This document shows positions 38,258-49,646 of a DNA stretch of 64,000 bases, in pieces (the first letter of the stretch is position 1; each line of letters begins with the position of its first letter). The position numbers and the translations under genes are program-made. This stretch comes from a virus. Where the stretch lies: the IMG/VR virus record IMGVR_UViG_3300003543_000059, positions 1 to 64,000 of that record; one strand, written 5' to 3'. The notes beneath the pieces were generated by a model, which saw only the letters and a list, made by a program, of their open reading frames with translations, ran no database searches and was not told where the DNA came from.

Positions 38258-39948
38258 TGATGTATGACAAAAAATTGAAGGAAATTGGGTACCATTTATC
38301 GAATGGTGGTAATATAGGAAATTACTGGCGTAATGTAAAATTGAAAGAATTATTACTAAAAGAAACAGATTTTTTAGTAGGTGTCAATACTAACATTGAG
38401 CGAATGTATTATATTATTAATGATTTAAGAGAACAACAACGATGCGTTTGCTCCAAATTAACTAGTGTTAAACGAGTAAAGGGGTATTATATAGTTCAAT
38501 CGTGTTCTAGGCATTGCGCTATGTCTGTGATTGGTAATGATGGTTTAACTGGTTATGAGAGAATAGGTAAAAAGACTAAAGATGCAATGGAAGTTGTAGG
38601 AGATGATGGACTAACAGGTTATGAACGTAATTCGGTTAAAATATCTAAAACCTTAAATAGTGTTCAGGAATCGGGAAAGACTAGAGGACAAGAATTGGGG
38701 GAATTGAGTGCTATAGCTCGAACTGTTGTTGATGTTAGCAGTGGGTTAACTATTAACCAAAAAAATGGTAAAAAAGTTTCGAAAACATTAATGGCTATTC
38801 AACCTTCTGGAAAAACTAGAGGGAAAGAATTGGGTGAGTTGGCTAGAAAAGTAAGAATAGTGGAAGATGATAATGGGTTGAACGGGTATCAACGGTCAGC
38901 TTTAATGATGTCAAAAACAGTTAAAAAACAAAAATACTATGAGCATAAAGATAAAATAGAATCATTGGGTTTCACCGTTCTCAGTAGTTTAAGTGAATAT
39001 TATAAAGATGTATATTTTAGATATAAATGTAATACGTGTAACCAACAAAACTACACACGATACAGAAATTTGAGATGTTTAAAATGTAATCCTTACAACA
39101 AATCTATAGCGGAACAAGAAATTATAGATTATTGTGATTCATACGTTTTAGTTAAATCTAACGCTAGAAATATTATATCACCATTAGAACTTGATGTGTA
39201 TGTGGAAAGTTTGAATCTTGCCATTGAATATAATGGATTATTCTGGCATAATCACAATAAACTTGAAAACAAAAATTACCATCTCAATAAAACTGAATTA
39301 TGTGAAGCTAAAGGAATTCATCTTCTTCATATTTTTGAAAATGAATGGCTCGACCCCACAAAACAAAATATTTGGAAGTCAATCATATCAAATAAATTAG
39401 GTCATTCCACACGATTATACGCTCGGAACTGCGGGATAAGAACAGTATCAAGCGTTGAAAAGTGTGAGTTCTTAAAAGCTAATCATCTTCAAGGTGATTG
39501 CCCTTCATCTGTTAATGTTGGGTTATATCATAATGATGAATTGGTTTCATTGATGACCTTTGGGAAATCAAGGTTTAGTAAAAAATATGATTGGGAGTTG
39601 TTACGTTTTTGTAATACATTAAATGTTAGTGTTGTTGGTGGAGCATCACGTTTGTTGAAACGTTTTCGAGCGTTAAACGATGGCTCAATCGTTTCTTACG
39701 CTGATAAACGTAGAAGCAATGGCAATCTATACAAACAACTAGGGTTCAGTCATAGCCATGATTCTAAGCCAAATTACTGGTATTTTAAAAGCGGTGATAT
39801 AATGTTAGAATCTAGAGTCAAATATCAAAAACATAAATTATCAAAAATTTTAAAATATTTTGATTCTGATTTGTCAGAAAGTGATAATATGAATAATAAC
39901 GGATACCATAAAATTTATGATTGCGGTAATCAAGTTTGGGTGTTATGA
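38257..39948 (+). mobile_element. Free-standing Hef-like endonuclease with Mom/GNAT-like domain, paralog of 8092..9936
   Basis: ELDVY..AIEYNGLFWH, YARNC, VSYADKRRSNGNLY, IYDCG; GLTGYER repeats. Confidence 0.75.
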
Positions 39949-40025
39949 TTATTTCTCTAATGATGTTTGACTATTTCCTGTATTTTAAGTATAATATAAA
40001 TATAGAATTAACTATGAGGAAAAAC

Positions 40026-40409
40026 ATGAAACTTAAAGATATTACTGAAGCCGTTTCCAAAAAAGAACCAATCTTTACCAAAGACGAATTAGCATATTTG
40101 AAATCTGAACTAGCTGGAGAAGGTTTTTCCGGTAAAGCTGTGGTTTCAACTAAACCAACCATCCGAAATTCTAAAAGAAAAAAAGGGGATTACCTGTGGA
40201 ATGGTGAAAAGTCTTCCATAGTATATAAACGTATAATGGATTTAGATACGGGCAAAATCATTAAAAGGTCTTATACTTCTTCTTCGGCTTATGGTATTGA
40301 AGATGCTTCTATTCTGGCAGTTGAACAATGGAGGAATGGGGAAGGAATGAAATTATTCAAGTATGAACAATTACCATCGGATGTTCGTGCAAAATTTGAT
40401 ATGATGTAA
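40026..40409 (+). CDS. Hypothetical protein with MKLKDITE leader
   Basis: RBS GAGGA; TTGACT-N17-TATAAT and TATAAATA 39995-40002 upstream. Confidence 0.65.
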   Translation: MKLKDITEAVSKKEPIFTKDELAYLKSELAGEGFSGKAVVSTKPTIRNSKRKKGDYLWNGEKSSIVYKRIMDLDTGKIIKRSYTSSSAYGIEDASILAVEQWRNGEGMKLFKYEQLPSDVRAKFDMM

Positions 40410-40476
40410 AATATAATGGTGTTTTAATGTTAGAAATCAAATTAGAGAAATTAGAAAAATCGTTGTTAAATGAAAG

Positions 40477-40698
40477 GTGACGTATGAAACAACAGCGAAA
40501 AGAAAGATTTGCCCCTTTCTGGGGAAACGTTTATGTATGGGTAATGGCTGTATGGGTTGGTAATTTATAATGGAACAAAAAGCGGTGGAACGACATGAAA
40601 CAAGTAACAATGGCATATCTTCCTTTGTTACGGTTATGGAAGATGACAAATGCTCAAGAGAAATCGGTGTTTGTACGGCAATGCCGAGTCCATTGTAA
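40477..40698 (+). pseudogene. Cys-rich small phage protein interrupted by an in-frame TAA
   Basis: AKRKICPF..CMGNGCMGW*F...GVC read in one frame. Confidence 0.45.
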
Positions 40699-40742
40699 TG
40701 CAATTTGAAATCAGATTATGCGATTGACAATAGGTGATTTAG

Positions 40743-41610
40743 TTGAACAAGTTTAAGGTGTATGACACTGTTTGGATGCTGTCAAACAATACCCCCATAG
40801 AACAAAAGGTTTTTGCTGTAGTTGAAAGCATGGATTATTGGAAAACAGGTACCGAATTCAGGTATCATGTGGTAAATTCTCAGATAGGTGCTGGTTGGGG
40901 TAACAATGAAGGTGTAATACGCGGTGAAGATGAATTATACGCTTCTAAACAAGAACTTTTAGAATCATTATGAAAAAACCGGAAATATTAACAGGTAGAC
41001 AAATTGATTTGCAGATGGCTATCACTAATCGTGACAAAGTTGCTCTCAATAACATGTACCATATCAAAGAAATCACAATTGAAGAATTGGTCGATGCGGT
41101 CATTGCGATAGATGAATCGGTAACCGATTGGGCTAAATGTAAACGTTGGTGGAAATCATTATGGGTGTAGGATACGATAATTTCGTTGCTGTGTTGAAAA
41201 AGTTTTGCCCTGAATCAAAACACGATGAAGTAAAAAGACTGTTGTCTAATATTACCTTTGAATACAGACGAATTGACGATATTAACCCCACGCCACTCCC
41301 TGTTTCAAAAAAACACGAGAAGCTAATACATTTGTTTGAAAAACGTCATAATATGAAATTCGAACGGGACCCGAATCGTGATATTTTAGTGTTTAATTCG
41401 ATGAATCGTATAGTCGTATACTATGATGGTGCGATAGACGTTACTATAAAGGGTGTGAAGTTTACATTAGAAGAATCTTTAGAAATTTTTACAGAAGATT
41501 TCGTTGAAAAATTAGATAACATGGATGACGATATAACACGCATCATTGAATTAACGATAAAGCATAAAGCTCGTCATAAAAGGAATATCTTAAAAAATAC
41601 AAAGTTATAA
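40743..41610 (+). CDS. Three hypothetical ORFs (40743-40973, 40970-41170, ~41161-41610)
   Basis: Coupled ORFs. Confidence 0.55.
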
Positions 41611-41630
41611 ATACAACAAGTGAGTAGTCG

Positions 41631-41690
41631 TTCACACAAATAAATTTGCAATTTCCTATCGTGTTGGTATAATAGACACAACTTAAACGA
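41631..41690 (+). promoter_or_regulatory. Early promoter element copy 6
   Basis: TTCACACAAATAAATTTGCA, TATAAT 41668-41673, AGACACAACTTAAAC. Confidence 0.85.
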
Positions 41691-41707
41691 TTTTAGAGGA
41701 TTTCATC

Positions 41708-42955
41708 ATGACTGCTCAATATGACTTAGAAGCTGAAAACATTTTTCGAATCCCTGAAGAAAATCTTGAATTAGTTAAAGCTAAAATCGCAAAGCTTAAC
41801 AGTAAAGCACTCAAATTAGGTTGCACTCCTGTTACCATCACTATTTTGGAAAGAATAGACCAAGAAGTTAAGGCTGACAAATTAGACCCTTTCGATTCCA
41901 GAACTTACACTCGCTTCTATTACATTATTGAAGTGTTAGGGACTGCTCCTGTATTAGATGGTTGGTCATTCGTTGCGAAATTAGACCACGAATATTCAAC
42001 TCCTATCATCACATCATTACCTGATGTTAAGGTGCCTACAATTTATCGTAACCATGATGCTTCATGTGACCATTGCAAATCTAACAGAGCACGTAAAATC
42101 ACTTACGTAGTTCAAAACGTTAATACCTTAGAGTATAAACATGTTGGTAAATCTTGTTTAAAAGATTTTTTAGGTCACATCAGCCCTACTGCGGCATTAC
42201 GCTATTTTGAATTCTTATCATCTATCAGTGATGAATTAGAAGCATTTGAAAATTCTGCTGGTCGTGGTGTTGAACGTTACGCAGTTAGAGAAGTGTTAGC
42301 AACTGCTAAATTAATATCTGATGTTTACGGTTATGTATCAGCTAAGAAAGCTCGTGAAGAATTTAACGATGAAGGTCAGCCAAAATATGATGCTACTAAC
42401 TGGGATGTTAGTAACTATTACTTCAATGACATTTTCAAAAGAGAATTTGTTGCTGATTACGGACATGTCACTGAAGAACATTTAGAGTTCGCTGATGAAG
42501 TAATTGAGTTCTTCAAAGCTAAAGAAGCTAACAGCGATTACATGTATAATCTTCATAGTTTAATTGAAGAGCGTTATATCAAATCAAAAGAATTTCCCAT
42601 TGTCGTATCAATGGTCGGTGTTTACTTAAACCACATTGCTAAAGCTAAAGAAGAAGCTGAAACTAAAAAGTTGAATGAATGGTTCGGTGAAGCTAAAAAA
42701 CGCCAAGAAGCTATCGTAAAGGTTATCCACATACGTTCTTATGAAAGTCAATTCGGTATTGGGTATGTTATTAAAATGGTTGACGATGAAGGTAGAACTA
42801 TCGTATGGTTCGCTTCTAACAAAACTCTTGATGAAGGTGACACCTATAAAGTCAAATTAACTGTTAAAGACCATGATGAATATAAAGGTTGGAAACAAAC
42901 TATCGTTAACCGTGTATCAGTATTAGAAGTATTAGAAGGTGGTGAAAGTGAGTAA
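41708..42955 (+). CDS. Early Zn-binding protein with C-terminal OB-fold-like domain
   Basis: CDHC..R.R..VGKSCLKDFLG; TVKDHDEYKGWKQTIVNRV; RBS GAGGA. Confidence 0.65.
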   Translation: MTAQYDLEAENIFRIPEENLELVKAKIAKLNSKALKLGCTPVTITILERIDQEVKADKLDPFDSRTYTRFYYIIEVLGTAPVLDGWSFVAKLDHEYSTPIITSLPDVKVPTIYRNHDASCDHCKSNRARKITYVVQNVNTLEYKHVGKSCLKDFLGHISPTAALRYFEFLSSISDELEAFENSAGRGVERYAVREVLATAKLISDVYGYVSAKKAREEFNDEGQPKYDATNWDVSNYYFNDIFKREFVADYGHVTEEHLEFADEVIEFFKAKEANSDYMYNLHSLIEERYIKSKEFPIVVSMVGVYLNHIAKAKEEAETKKLNEWFGEAKKRQEAIVKVIHIRSYESQFGIGYVIKMVDDEGRTIVWFASNKTLDEGDTYKVKLTVKDHDEYKGWKQTIVNRVSVLEVLEGGESE

Positions 42956-43695
42956 GTATAGAATCCGGTCGTATAACTGCTTAGGTGGTAGAGCGTATCA
43001 AGCTCAAATCAAATTTATGTGGGTTTTTTGGATGAATCTGATAGATGAAAGATTGCCTCGATTTCAAAATCGAAATGCGGTATATGCTACTTTTCAAGAA
43101 TGTTCTGATTTTATTAAACTATGCAAAGCTGATGATAATAAAGCGGATGCTGAAATAACCGACATGTGATTATGAGTAAAGAAAACCGCCAACCATCATA
43201 TCGAGAATTAGAAGATGAAGTTTTAAGACTACGTGAGGGTATTGCCGCTTTAATTAAGGTGACTCCCCCAGCGTTTTCTAATTTAAGCCCTATAACGGTC
43301 GTAGCCATGTCTTCTACCGAAATACACTCACATGTTAAAGAACTCTTAGAAGAACCAGAGATACAGCCATATTGCACAGAATGTGGCTGTGTATCATTAG
43401 GTTATCTGGAAGAGTACGCTAATGGTGAATTTTGGGAATGTAATGAATGTGGGAATAAATTCTTATGGTGATTAAAGTATATCACGACGGGAAAGCCTGT
43501 AGGGACGTTCCTGCTGTTATTGTGGGTAGACGTAAGGGTAAACTGCTTATCGAGTTCACAGTCGAAGAATATGACCCCACGATTGACGATTACAAAGAAG
43601 TTACCGAGCCTAGATGGTTTATTCGTAGAAGACTTGACAATGGTGGTGTTTATGAATGCCAAGGTTGGAACTACTGGTATTATGCTAATGGGTGA
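42948..43695 (+). CDS. Three small hypothetical ORFs (~42948-43169, 43166-43471 Zn ribbon, 43465-43695)
   Basis: Coupled; CTEC..CNEC. Confidence 0.55.
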
Positions 43696-43700
43696 TTAAG

Positions 43701-43760
43701 TTCACACAATCAAATTTGCTTTTATCGTTGCAGATGGTATAATAGACTCAACTTAAACGA
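43701..43760 (+). promoter_or_regulatory. Early promoter element copy 7
   Basis: TTTGCT 43715-43720, TATAAT 43738-43743, AGACTCAACTTAAAC. Confidence 0.85.
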
Positions 43761-43773
43761 AACGGGGAACATC

Positions 43774-44037
43774 ATGCCAAAGTTAAAATATGAAGGTCTT
43801 GAAGCTGGAACTAAAATTAGAGCATATGATTTTCCTCCTATGCCTGACCGTGATGACCATTACGTCGAAGGTGTTATTGACCATGTATCGGAAGAATATG
43901 GTTACAAAGCATATTACGTAAATGTCGAGGTTGACACTTCGCGTAAATTCACAAGTCGTAAAGCCGTGTTGGTTCCAATGGAATCTGACATGGACTATGA
44001 TGGTCGTGTAGTAGTATTAGAAGGTGAGACAGCATAA
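43774..44037 (+). CDS. Early small beta-barrel-like hypothetical protein
   Basis: GTKIRAYDF..YVEGV; RBS GGGG. Confidence 0.7.
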   Translation: MPKLKYEGLEAGTKIRAYDFPPMPDRDDHYVEGVIDHVSEEYGYKAYYVNVEVDTSRKFTSRKAVLVPMESDMDYDGRVVVLEGETA

Positions 44038-44227
44038 ATACAAGCCAACAAGTTGTTCAGATAGCCATGCGGGTGGTAGCTGAACATATCAATTCTTTAA
44101 ACCGCCAAGCTGATTTAGCTGCTGGTCATGCCCCAAGAGTTCATGACGATTTAAGAACGCAAGAAATTAAATTGCGTAAAGCGGTAAGAACTATCGAATC
44201 ACATTTTTCTAATTATTGAGGTGTATT

Positions 44228-44527
44228 ATGGATGCTTATGAGAAAATGGCATATACGTATTTTGGGTTAGAACAAGAAGGGCAAGCCGAAGCGTTAAGTG
44301 CCGGAATATTGAATCTGGTTTCTCCTGAAGATAGAGCAGAACTTCTGATTGAATTCGCAAAAGAAGCTATACACTGCGAATATGTTGATAACTACCGCTT
44401 TTACCCACACGATATGCGTGAAGAGTTTTATGCTCAAGCTGAAAAAGGATGTTGTGGTTCCGTTAACATCACGGTTAAGTGTAAAAGCAACAATATGTAT
44501 CGAGTAGGTTTCAACTACGGACACTAA
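44228..44527 (+). CDS. Hypothetical protein
   Basis: RBS GAGGTG; VDNYR..GCCGS..GFNYGH motif. Confidence 0.7.
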   Translation: MDAYEKMAYTYFGLEQEGQAEALSAGILNLVSPEDRAELLIEFAKEAIHCEYVDNYRFYPHDMREEFYAQAEKGCCGSVNITVKCKSNNMYRVGFNYGH

Positions 44528-44561
44528 TCTATAAATACTAGTAAAATTCATTAGGGAAGTT

Positions 44562-46268
44562 ATGAAGTTACTAGAAATCTTACATCAATATGAGCATTAT
44601 ATTGATGTCTTGTTAGAAGCATCTGACTACAATATGATGTTCCCTGACCAATTCGTTGAAAAAGTTTCATCTGTATTACCTAAATACAATCGCACTTTTT
44701 TCAACGCGTCAATAGCAAAAGCCAAGAAAACTCTTAAACGTGAAGACCGTATCGTATGGTATTTGCGTTTATTGCGTCTAGAAATTGTTTTCCAATATTA
44801 TCATAAAACACCGAAGACAGAAGAAACGAAAGCTATTCTTGATACTGAATTAAAGAAGTACAACAAGAAGTCCAGACAAAATCTTACGTGGGACAAATTA
44901 AAAGCATTTTTTCCTATTAATCCTATACTTACTGCATTAGAACATTATCTTAGTTTAAAAATTAATGACATCAATCGTTATGTTTTTAAATATCAAAGTC
45001 CAGCAGAAATATCACAAGAATTTATGGAACTTGAAGAAGAATACAATGATTCTATGGGGGATGAAGACCGTTTAATTCCAGAAAATGATGAAATCGTTTT
45101 CTTGGATTGTGGTGGTGGTTTTAAATGGTTTAATCTTGAAAGAGCTTCATGTAGCGCAGAAGCTAAAGCTATGGGTCATTGTGGTAATTCGCCTTCAGGG
45201 TATGACAGCAACCAAACTATATTATCATTGAGGCAGTTTGTCAAGAAAGGTGACCAAGGCTATTGGAAACCTATTGCCACTTTTATTTATCACATTAACG
45301 AAAAATCGTTAGGTGAAATGAAAGGTAAGAACAACACTAAGCCAGTCAAACGTTATCACCCACAAATTTTAAAACTCTTATATGATGATAGAATTCAAGC
45401 TATACATGGTGGTGGCTATTTGCCTGAAGAAAATTTCAGTGTAAATGATTTAGATGAAGCTGTAAGGGATAAGCTGTTAGAAGCTAAACCACGTTTAATG
45501 TCATTCATGGATAGAATTGATAAGGACGGTATCACCGAAGAAATTTTGAAAGAGTTGGAAAATGCTGGTGCCACTATTGACTATAAAAATAAAGAATATC
45601 CTTACGTTTTAGAAACATTTGATAATCTTGGTGAAATGGTAGATGATATAGGCAATGACACAGCACAATGGATAATGAACGTGTTGGAAGGAAATGTGCA
45701 TGTTGACTTTGATGAAGGATTAGACGACAAACAAATTTTTGACGACAATCTATCACATCAACAAGAAGAAATCATACGAGAATATATTAGAACGAATCAC
45801 CAAGAATTATATGATGAAGCTGAAGAAGCAAATGGCGGTGATGACCCAGATTGGTACGAACTTTCTGAACAAATATCTGGTGATGATTGGTTTGCGAATT
45901 GGCTCGAAGAATTTAAGAGATTGCCTAGTGATGCGCAAAGAGCTGGTACCGAAAATGAAATGTCAAAAGCTTTAACGAGCAGTTTAGAATCGCTTGAACA
46001 TGAATTTGATATTGGAGTTTTTCAGCATGGCGATAATGTTTGGGATTCTAAATACACGGCTAACCTAAGAAAATACGAATTGAAAGAATTTTCTGGTTTT
46101 GGTTATGATATTACTTCAGCAGAAGATTTTATCGAAGCTTTAGGTGAACATATGGCAGAAGAGAATATGGAACTGAAAGTTGCCGCGCCTTATTATGGTT
46201 TTGATATTGATTCATTTAACCAAGAAGCGAAACAACTACTTGAACAATTGGAAGAGAAAAACAAATGA
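44562..46268 (+). CDS. PcfJ-like domain protein with capsid-targeting-like leader
   Basis: EAKAMGHCG..ILSLR..EMKGKNN; TATAAATA 44530-44537. Confidence 0.7.
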   Translation: MKLLEILHQYEHYIDVLLEASDYNMMFPDQFVEKVSSVLPKYNRTFFNASIAKAKKTLKREDRIVWYLRLLRLEIVFQYYHKTPKTEETKAILDTELKKYNKKSRQNLTWDKLKAFFPINPILTALEHYLSLKINDINRYVFKYQSPAEISQEFMELEEEYNDSMGDEDRLIPENDEIVFLDCGGGFKWFNLERASCSAEAKAMGHCGNSPSGYDSNQTILSLRQFVKKGDQGYWKPIATFIYHINEKSLGEMKGKNNTKPVKRYHPQILKLLYDDRIQAIHGGGYLPEENFSVNDLDEAVRDKLLEAKPRLMSFMDRIDKDGITEEILKELENAGATIDYKNKEYPYVLETFDNLGEMVDDIGNDTAQWIMNVLEGNVHVDFDEGLDDKQIFDDNLSHQQEEIIREYIRTNHQELYDEAEEANGGDDPDWYELSEQISGDDWFANWLEEFKRLPSDAQRAGTENEMSKALTSSLESLEHEFDIGVFQHGDNVWDSKYTANLRKYELKEFSGFGYDITSAEDFIEALGEHMAEENMELKVAAPYYGFDIDSFNQEAKQLLEQLEEKNK

Positions 46269-46756
46269 AACTTAAAGAAATTCTAGAATATTACGAAAGA
46301 TACATTGACATGCTCTTAGAAGCTGTCAATTATAACCAGATGTTTTCACCTACCTTAATTCAACATTTAGGTGCTGATGCGAATGAGATAAAAACCTATA
46401 TAGCTAAAGTTAAGAGCACACTGAAACGAGAAGATAGAATCGTGTGGTTCTTACGTTTGTTCAAAATGAATTTAATCGGTAAAGCTTTAGATAAAAACAA
46501 GACCCCAGAATTTAGAGCATATGCTGATAAGGAATTACAGAAGTATAATTCTAAAGCTGGTACACATGCCACATATTCAGGGTTGAAGCGTATGCCTTCA
46601 TTGACACGCGCATTAGCAAAGCTGGAACATTATTACAGCATGGGAATTAACAAAGTTGATACCCACGTTTTAAAATATCAGCCCATCGAAGAAATTATTT
46701 CTCAATTTGAAAAATGGGAAAATGAACATCTAGCCAAAAATTCTGGTGATGAATGA
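46265..46756 (+). CDS. Paralog of the N-terminal domain of 44562..46268
   Basis: Shared YID.LLEA..Y, TLKREDRIVW.LRL, LEHY. Confidence 0.85.
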   Translation: MKLKEILEYYERYIDMLLEAVNYNQMFSPTLIQHLGADANEIKTYIAKVKSTLKREDRIVWFLRLFKMNLIGKALDKNKTPEFRAYADKELQKYNSKAGTHATYSGLKRMPSLTRALAKLEHYYSMGINKVDTHVLKYQPIEEIISQFEKWENEHLAKNSGDE

Positions 46757-47400
46757 AATTAAATGAAATTAAACTCTTAAACGAAACACCATTACCCGAC
46801 GATTGGGATGGTGACATATACAATGAACGCATATCATTTGCTAAACGTATAAGATATGCTCAAGAACGTGCAAAAAAGCTTGGTACAGGCTCTTCACGCG
46901 TCGCTTTTGAAATACCCTATAAAGGACGACTAACAGTTCTTAAAATCGCTAAGAATCGCAAGGGGATGGCTCAGAATGAAGTTGAAGCGAACTTGATGTC
47001 TGATTATTATCTTATGAGCATGGGTATCGTTATTCCTATGATTGATTATGATGAACGTAATGCAATGCCAACATGGATTCATACAGAGAAAGCTGAAAAA
47101 ATGACACTTCCTAAGTTCAGAAAATTTACAGGTGGTGGGGATTTTAGAGACTTAGTAAATTACGCATTAGCACTAACAGGTAATGCTGGTAGGTACCAAA
47201 GCGTTGATTTGAAAAATCCTCCGGTTGATGTTGAATTAGAATTTGTGCAAGATTTCACTGAAGCTGTTGGTAACTATCAAGGTTCAATAGAATTTTTAGA
47301 TGCAGCACAAAAAGCAAATTGGGGAATATACAAAGGTGACCCAGTTATGATTGACATTGGACTAAGTTCTGATGTATACAAAGAACATTACAGTAGGTAA
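46753..47400 (+). CDS. Protein-kinase-like fold enzyme with MKLNEI..LNE leader
   Basis: LGTGSSRVAF, VLKIA, NEVE, D....NWG, IDIG. Confidence 0.75.
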   Translation: MKLNEIKLLNETPLPDDWDGDIYNERISFAKRIRYAQERAKKLGTGSSRVAFEIPYKGRLTVLKIAKNRKGMAQNEVEANLMSDYYLMSMGIVIPMIDYDERNAMPTWIHTEKAEKMTLPKFRKFTGGGDFRDLVNYALALTGNAGRYQSVDLKNPPVDVELEFVQDFTEAVGNYQGSIEFLDAAQKANWGIYKGDPVMIDIGLSSDVYKEHYSR

Positions 47401-47404
47401 GAGT

Positions 47405-47653
47405 ATGGAAACTAAGCAAACATTCAAAGAATTTTTAGAAGAACGAGCGTATGAAGGTAATAATTATCGTGAAACCTTTAAGGTTGATGGAAAAATGTTG
47501 AAGTTCTACCGTTTAGACCGTGATAAAGGTCAAGCTGCTTACATAAATGGTGATAAGATTTACATTATGGATGGTGATAAAGTAGTCTCTACCACCACCA
47601 AAGATAAATTTGACGATAAAATTGCGGACGAACCTAGACGCTTTACGCCTTAA
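47405..47653 (+). CDS. Small protein with METKQTFKEFLEE leader
   Basis: Start moved to 47405; leader resembles T4 internal proteins. Confidence 0.65.
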   Translation: METKQTFKEFLEERAYEGNNYRETFKVDGKMLKFYRLDRDKGQAAYINGDKIYIMDGDKVVSTTTKDKFDDKIADEPRRFTP

Positions 47654-49563
47654 TCAGAAAATAACTTATAACGCTCTTTGTCGGATTTAGCCATACCATG
47701 AATTCGTTTCATTGGGTGTTTAGCTTTAAACACTTCGTTCCCGTTGTTATCTTGGGTGTATTGAACCACCATTTTTTTATCTACATCAGGTCTGTTGGTG
47801 GTTAGTGCGTAATATACATCACCCGTTTTAGTGTCGGTTAGATATAGATTGCCTCGTTTATTCAAAGGTTTTTCACGGTAAGCTGGTGCTTCAGTTGAAT
47901 GTTTTTCTATAAGTCTTAGTAACTTCGTATCATATTCACGTTTTTTATAGTTAGGTTCCATGCCTAGTTTCAACAAATAGCAGAATCTTAATATGAAGGT
48001 TTTAATAAGCCCAAATTTTTTATGGTAATTTTCACCACCTAAATATCTGAATTCAATACGACCGTCTTCATTAAAAGCGTTCATACGATTGATACCATTA
48101 GACTTCTGATTAACTGGCATCAATGCTGTTATGATTTCCTTTTTCAATTTGGTGTAATCAGAAGCAGATAACCCATAATATTTAGCTTGTAATCCACTAG
48201 CAGCGTTTTGTATCCATTGCGTCATGGAATCAGCCCAACCACCATCTAAACGGTCTTCAAAGTGTTTTAGAATCAAACCTTCTTCCATAAACAACATCAT
48301 CTTGAACACGTCAAGCTTATCAAGATTGAAATTTTTATAACTTAGGTTGACATGGAACCCAGTTTCTCCTGCGCCTCTACTTATAGTCGCACCGTTATCA
48401 TCAATATAATCAAAAACCTGTTCCATAGATTCTAATCCGGCTTGTAATGAAAGTTTAGGTGATGTTATTTCTACCCCACCCTCGTCTAATGAAAGCGACC
48501 CATCTTCAACAATGTTCCATTCATTTTCATCACTACCATTAACGTCTAGGGTATACGGAAAATCGTTGTGATTGAATTTGTTGGCGATTAAGCCTTCAAA
48601 ATTATCATCACCATAAGTTCCATTATGTAGACTATCCAGCAATTCTTCGTTAGCTGAATCATATTCGTTTTCGTCGAATGCTTCATCGTACCCCATAAGC
48701 TTAATAAACGATTCTTCTTGGTCGGTTAAAGCTTCAAAGATGGCACCTTCTATGTGTTTCTTAATATCTGTTTTGGTTTCCTTTTTAAAGAAATATTCAA
48801 TAGTATCAATGATTTCTGAAGGAACTGTTGGTATTTTAACACCTTCTTTATCTAAAAATTTGTTGTGTGCCATATAGTCACTGAATCTTTGAACTTCAAG
48901 AGGTACATCATCTTTACTAATCTTGTAGTAGCTTTCACCTTTCACGTTAGTTTCTAGTGAGGTAACTTCTTGATATTTTTTAACTAATTTGAATTCTGGT
49001 TTATTTGCGTTTTGAAATCCATTAAGGTGCAACCCATAAGGTTCCAACTGTTTCATCGTCCATTCTCTAGCTTGATGATTGATAGCTGTTCTATCATCAC
49101 TTTCACTTTCTAATTTTGTGATTATATTTTGGCGTTTATTTGATATATCGTGGTACTTAGCAAGTGTTAATGGTTTATATGATGTGCCATTGGTTTTATT
49201 GAACTCTTCTACAGTTTTAATCCACTCTTTTTCCTTATTTTTAACAGCTTTCTTGCCAGCTTTAGCGCGTTGTTCATCAAACTGTTCTTGGTATGGCGAT
49301 AAATCTATCGTTGTTTGAAGGTTAACTATTTTTTTGACAAAGGCTTCGTATATTTCTGTAGCTTCTTCACTATAGTGTTTATAGTCTTTATGTTCATACA
49401 TATCAGAAAAATCATCATTACTATCACCAAACCCAGCTAAGTTGTTATCATAGTATTCATATTCCAGACCTAAGAAAAATTTAGTATCATTCATTATTTC
49501 TCTATAAGAAGAAGCGTGAACCTTTTCGGTGATAAGATATTGTTTGAAAGTAAGAGATGCCAT
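47650..49563 (-). CDS. Amidoligase (COOH-NH2 ligase, Amidoligase_2-like) A
   Basis: GLEYEY, EDGSL..GGVEITSP, TGFHVNLS, RIEFRYLGG; GATAAATA at 49598-49591. Confidence 0.85.
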   Translation of the reverse strand: MASLTFKQYLITEKVHASSYREIMNDTKFFLGLEYEYYDNNLAGFGDSNDDFSDMYEHKDYKHYSEEATEIYEAFVKKIVNLQTTIDLSPYQEQFDEQRAKAGKKAVKNKEKEWIKTVEEFNKTNGTSYKPLTLAKYHDISNKRQNIITKLESESDDRTAINHQAREWTMKQLEPYGLHLNGFQNANKPEFKLVKKYQEVTSLETNVKGESYYKISKDDVPLEVQRFSDYMAHNKFLDKEGVKIPTVPSEIIDTIEYFFKKETKTDIKKHIEGAIFEALTDQEESFIKLMGYDEAFDENEYDSANEELLDSLHNGTYGDDNFEGLIANKFNHNDFPYTLDVNGSDENEWNIVEDGSLSLDEGGVEITSPKLSLQAGLESMEQVFDYIDDNGATISRGAGETGFHVNLSYKNFNLDKLDVFKMMLFMEEGLILKHFEDRLDGGWADSMTQWIQNAASGLQAKYYGLSASDYTKLKKEIITALMPVNQKSNGINRMNAFNEDGRIEFRYLGGENYHKKFGLIKTFILRFCYLLKLGMEPNYKKREYDTKLLRLIEKHSTEAPAYREKPLNKRGNLYLTDTKTGDVYYALTTNRPDVDKKMVVQYTQDNNGNEVFKAKHPMKRIHGMAKSDKERYKLFSD

Positions 49564-49646
49564 AGTATGTTATCCGTGTTGATTTGCTATTATTTATCAT
49601 TTTTGATACAATAGCACCAACACATTAGTAACTTTGATAAATAGAT

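Noticed and set aside
40477-40698. Programmed readthrough at TAA 40561
   Set aside because: Single ochre stop with a weak start context; simple pseudogenisation or error is more likely
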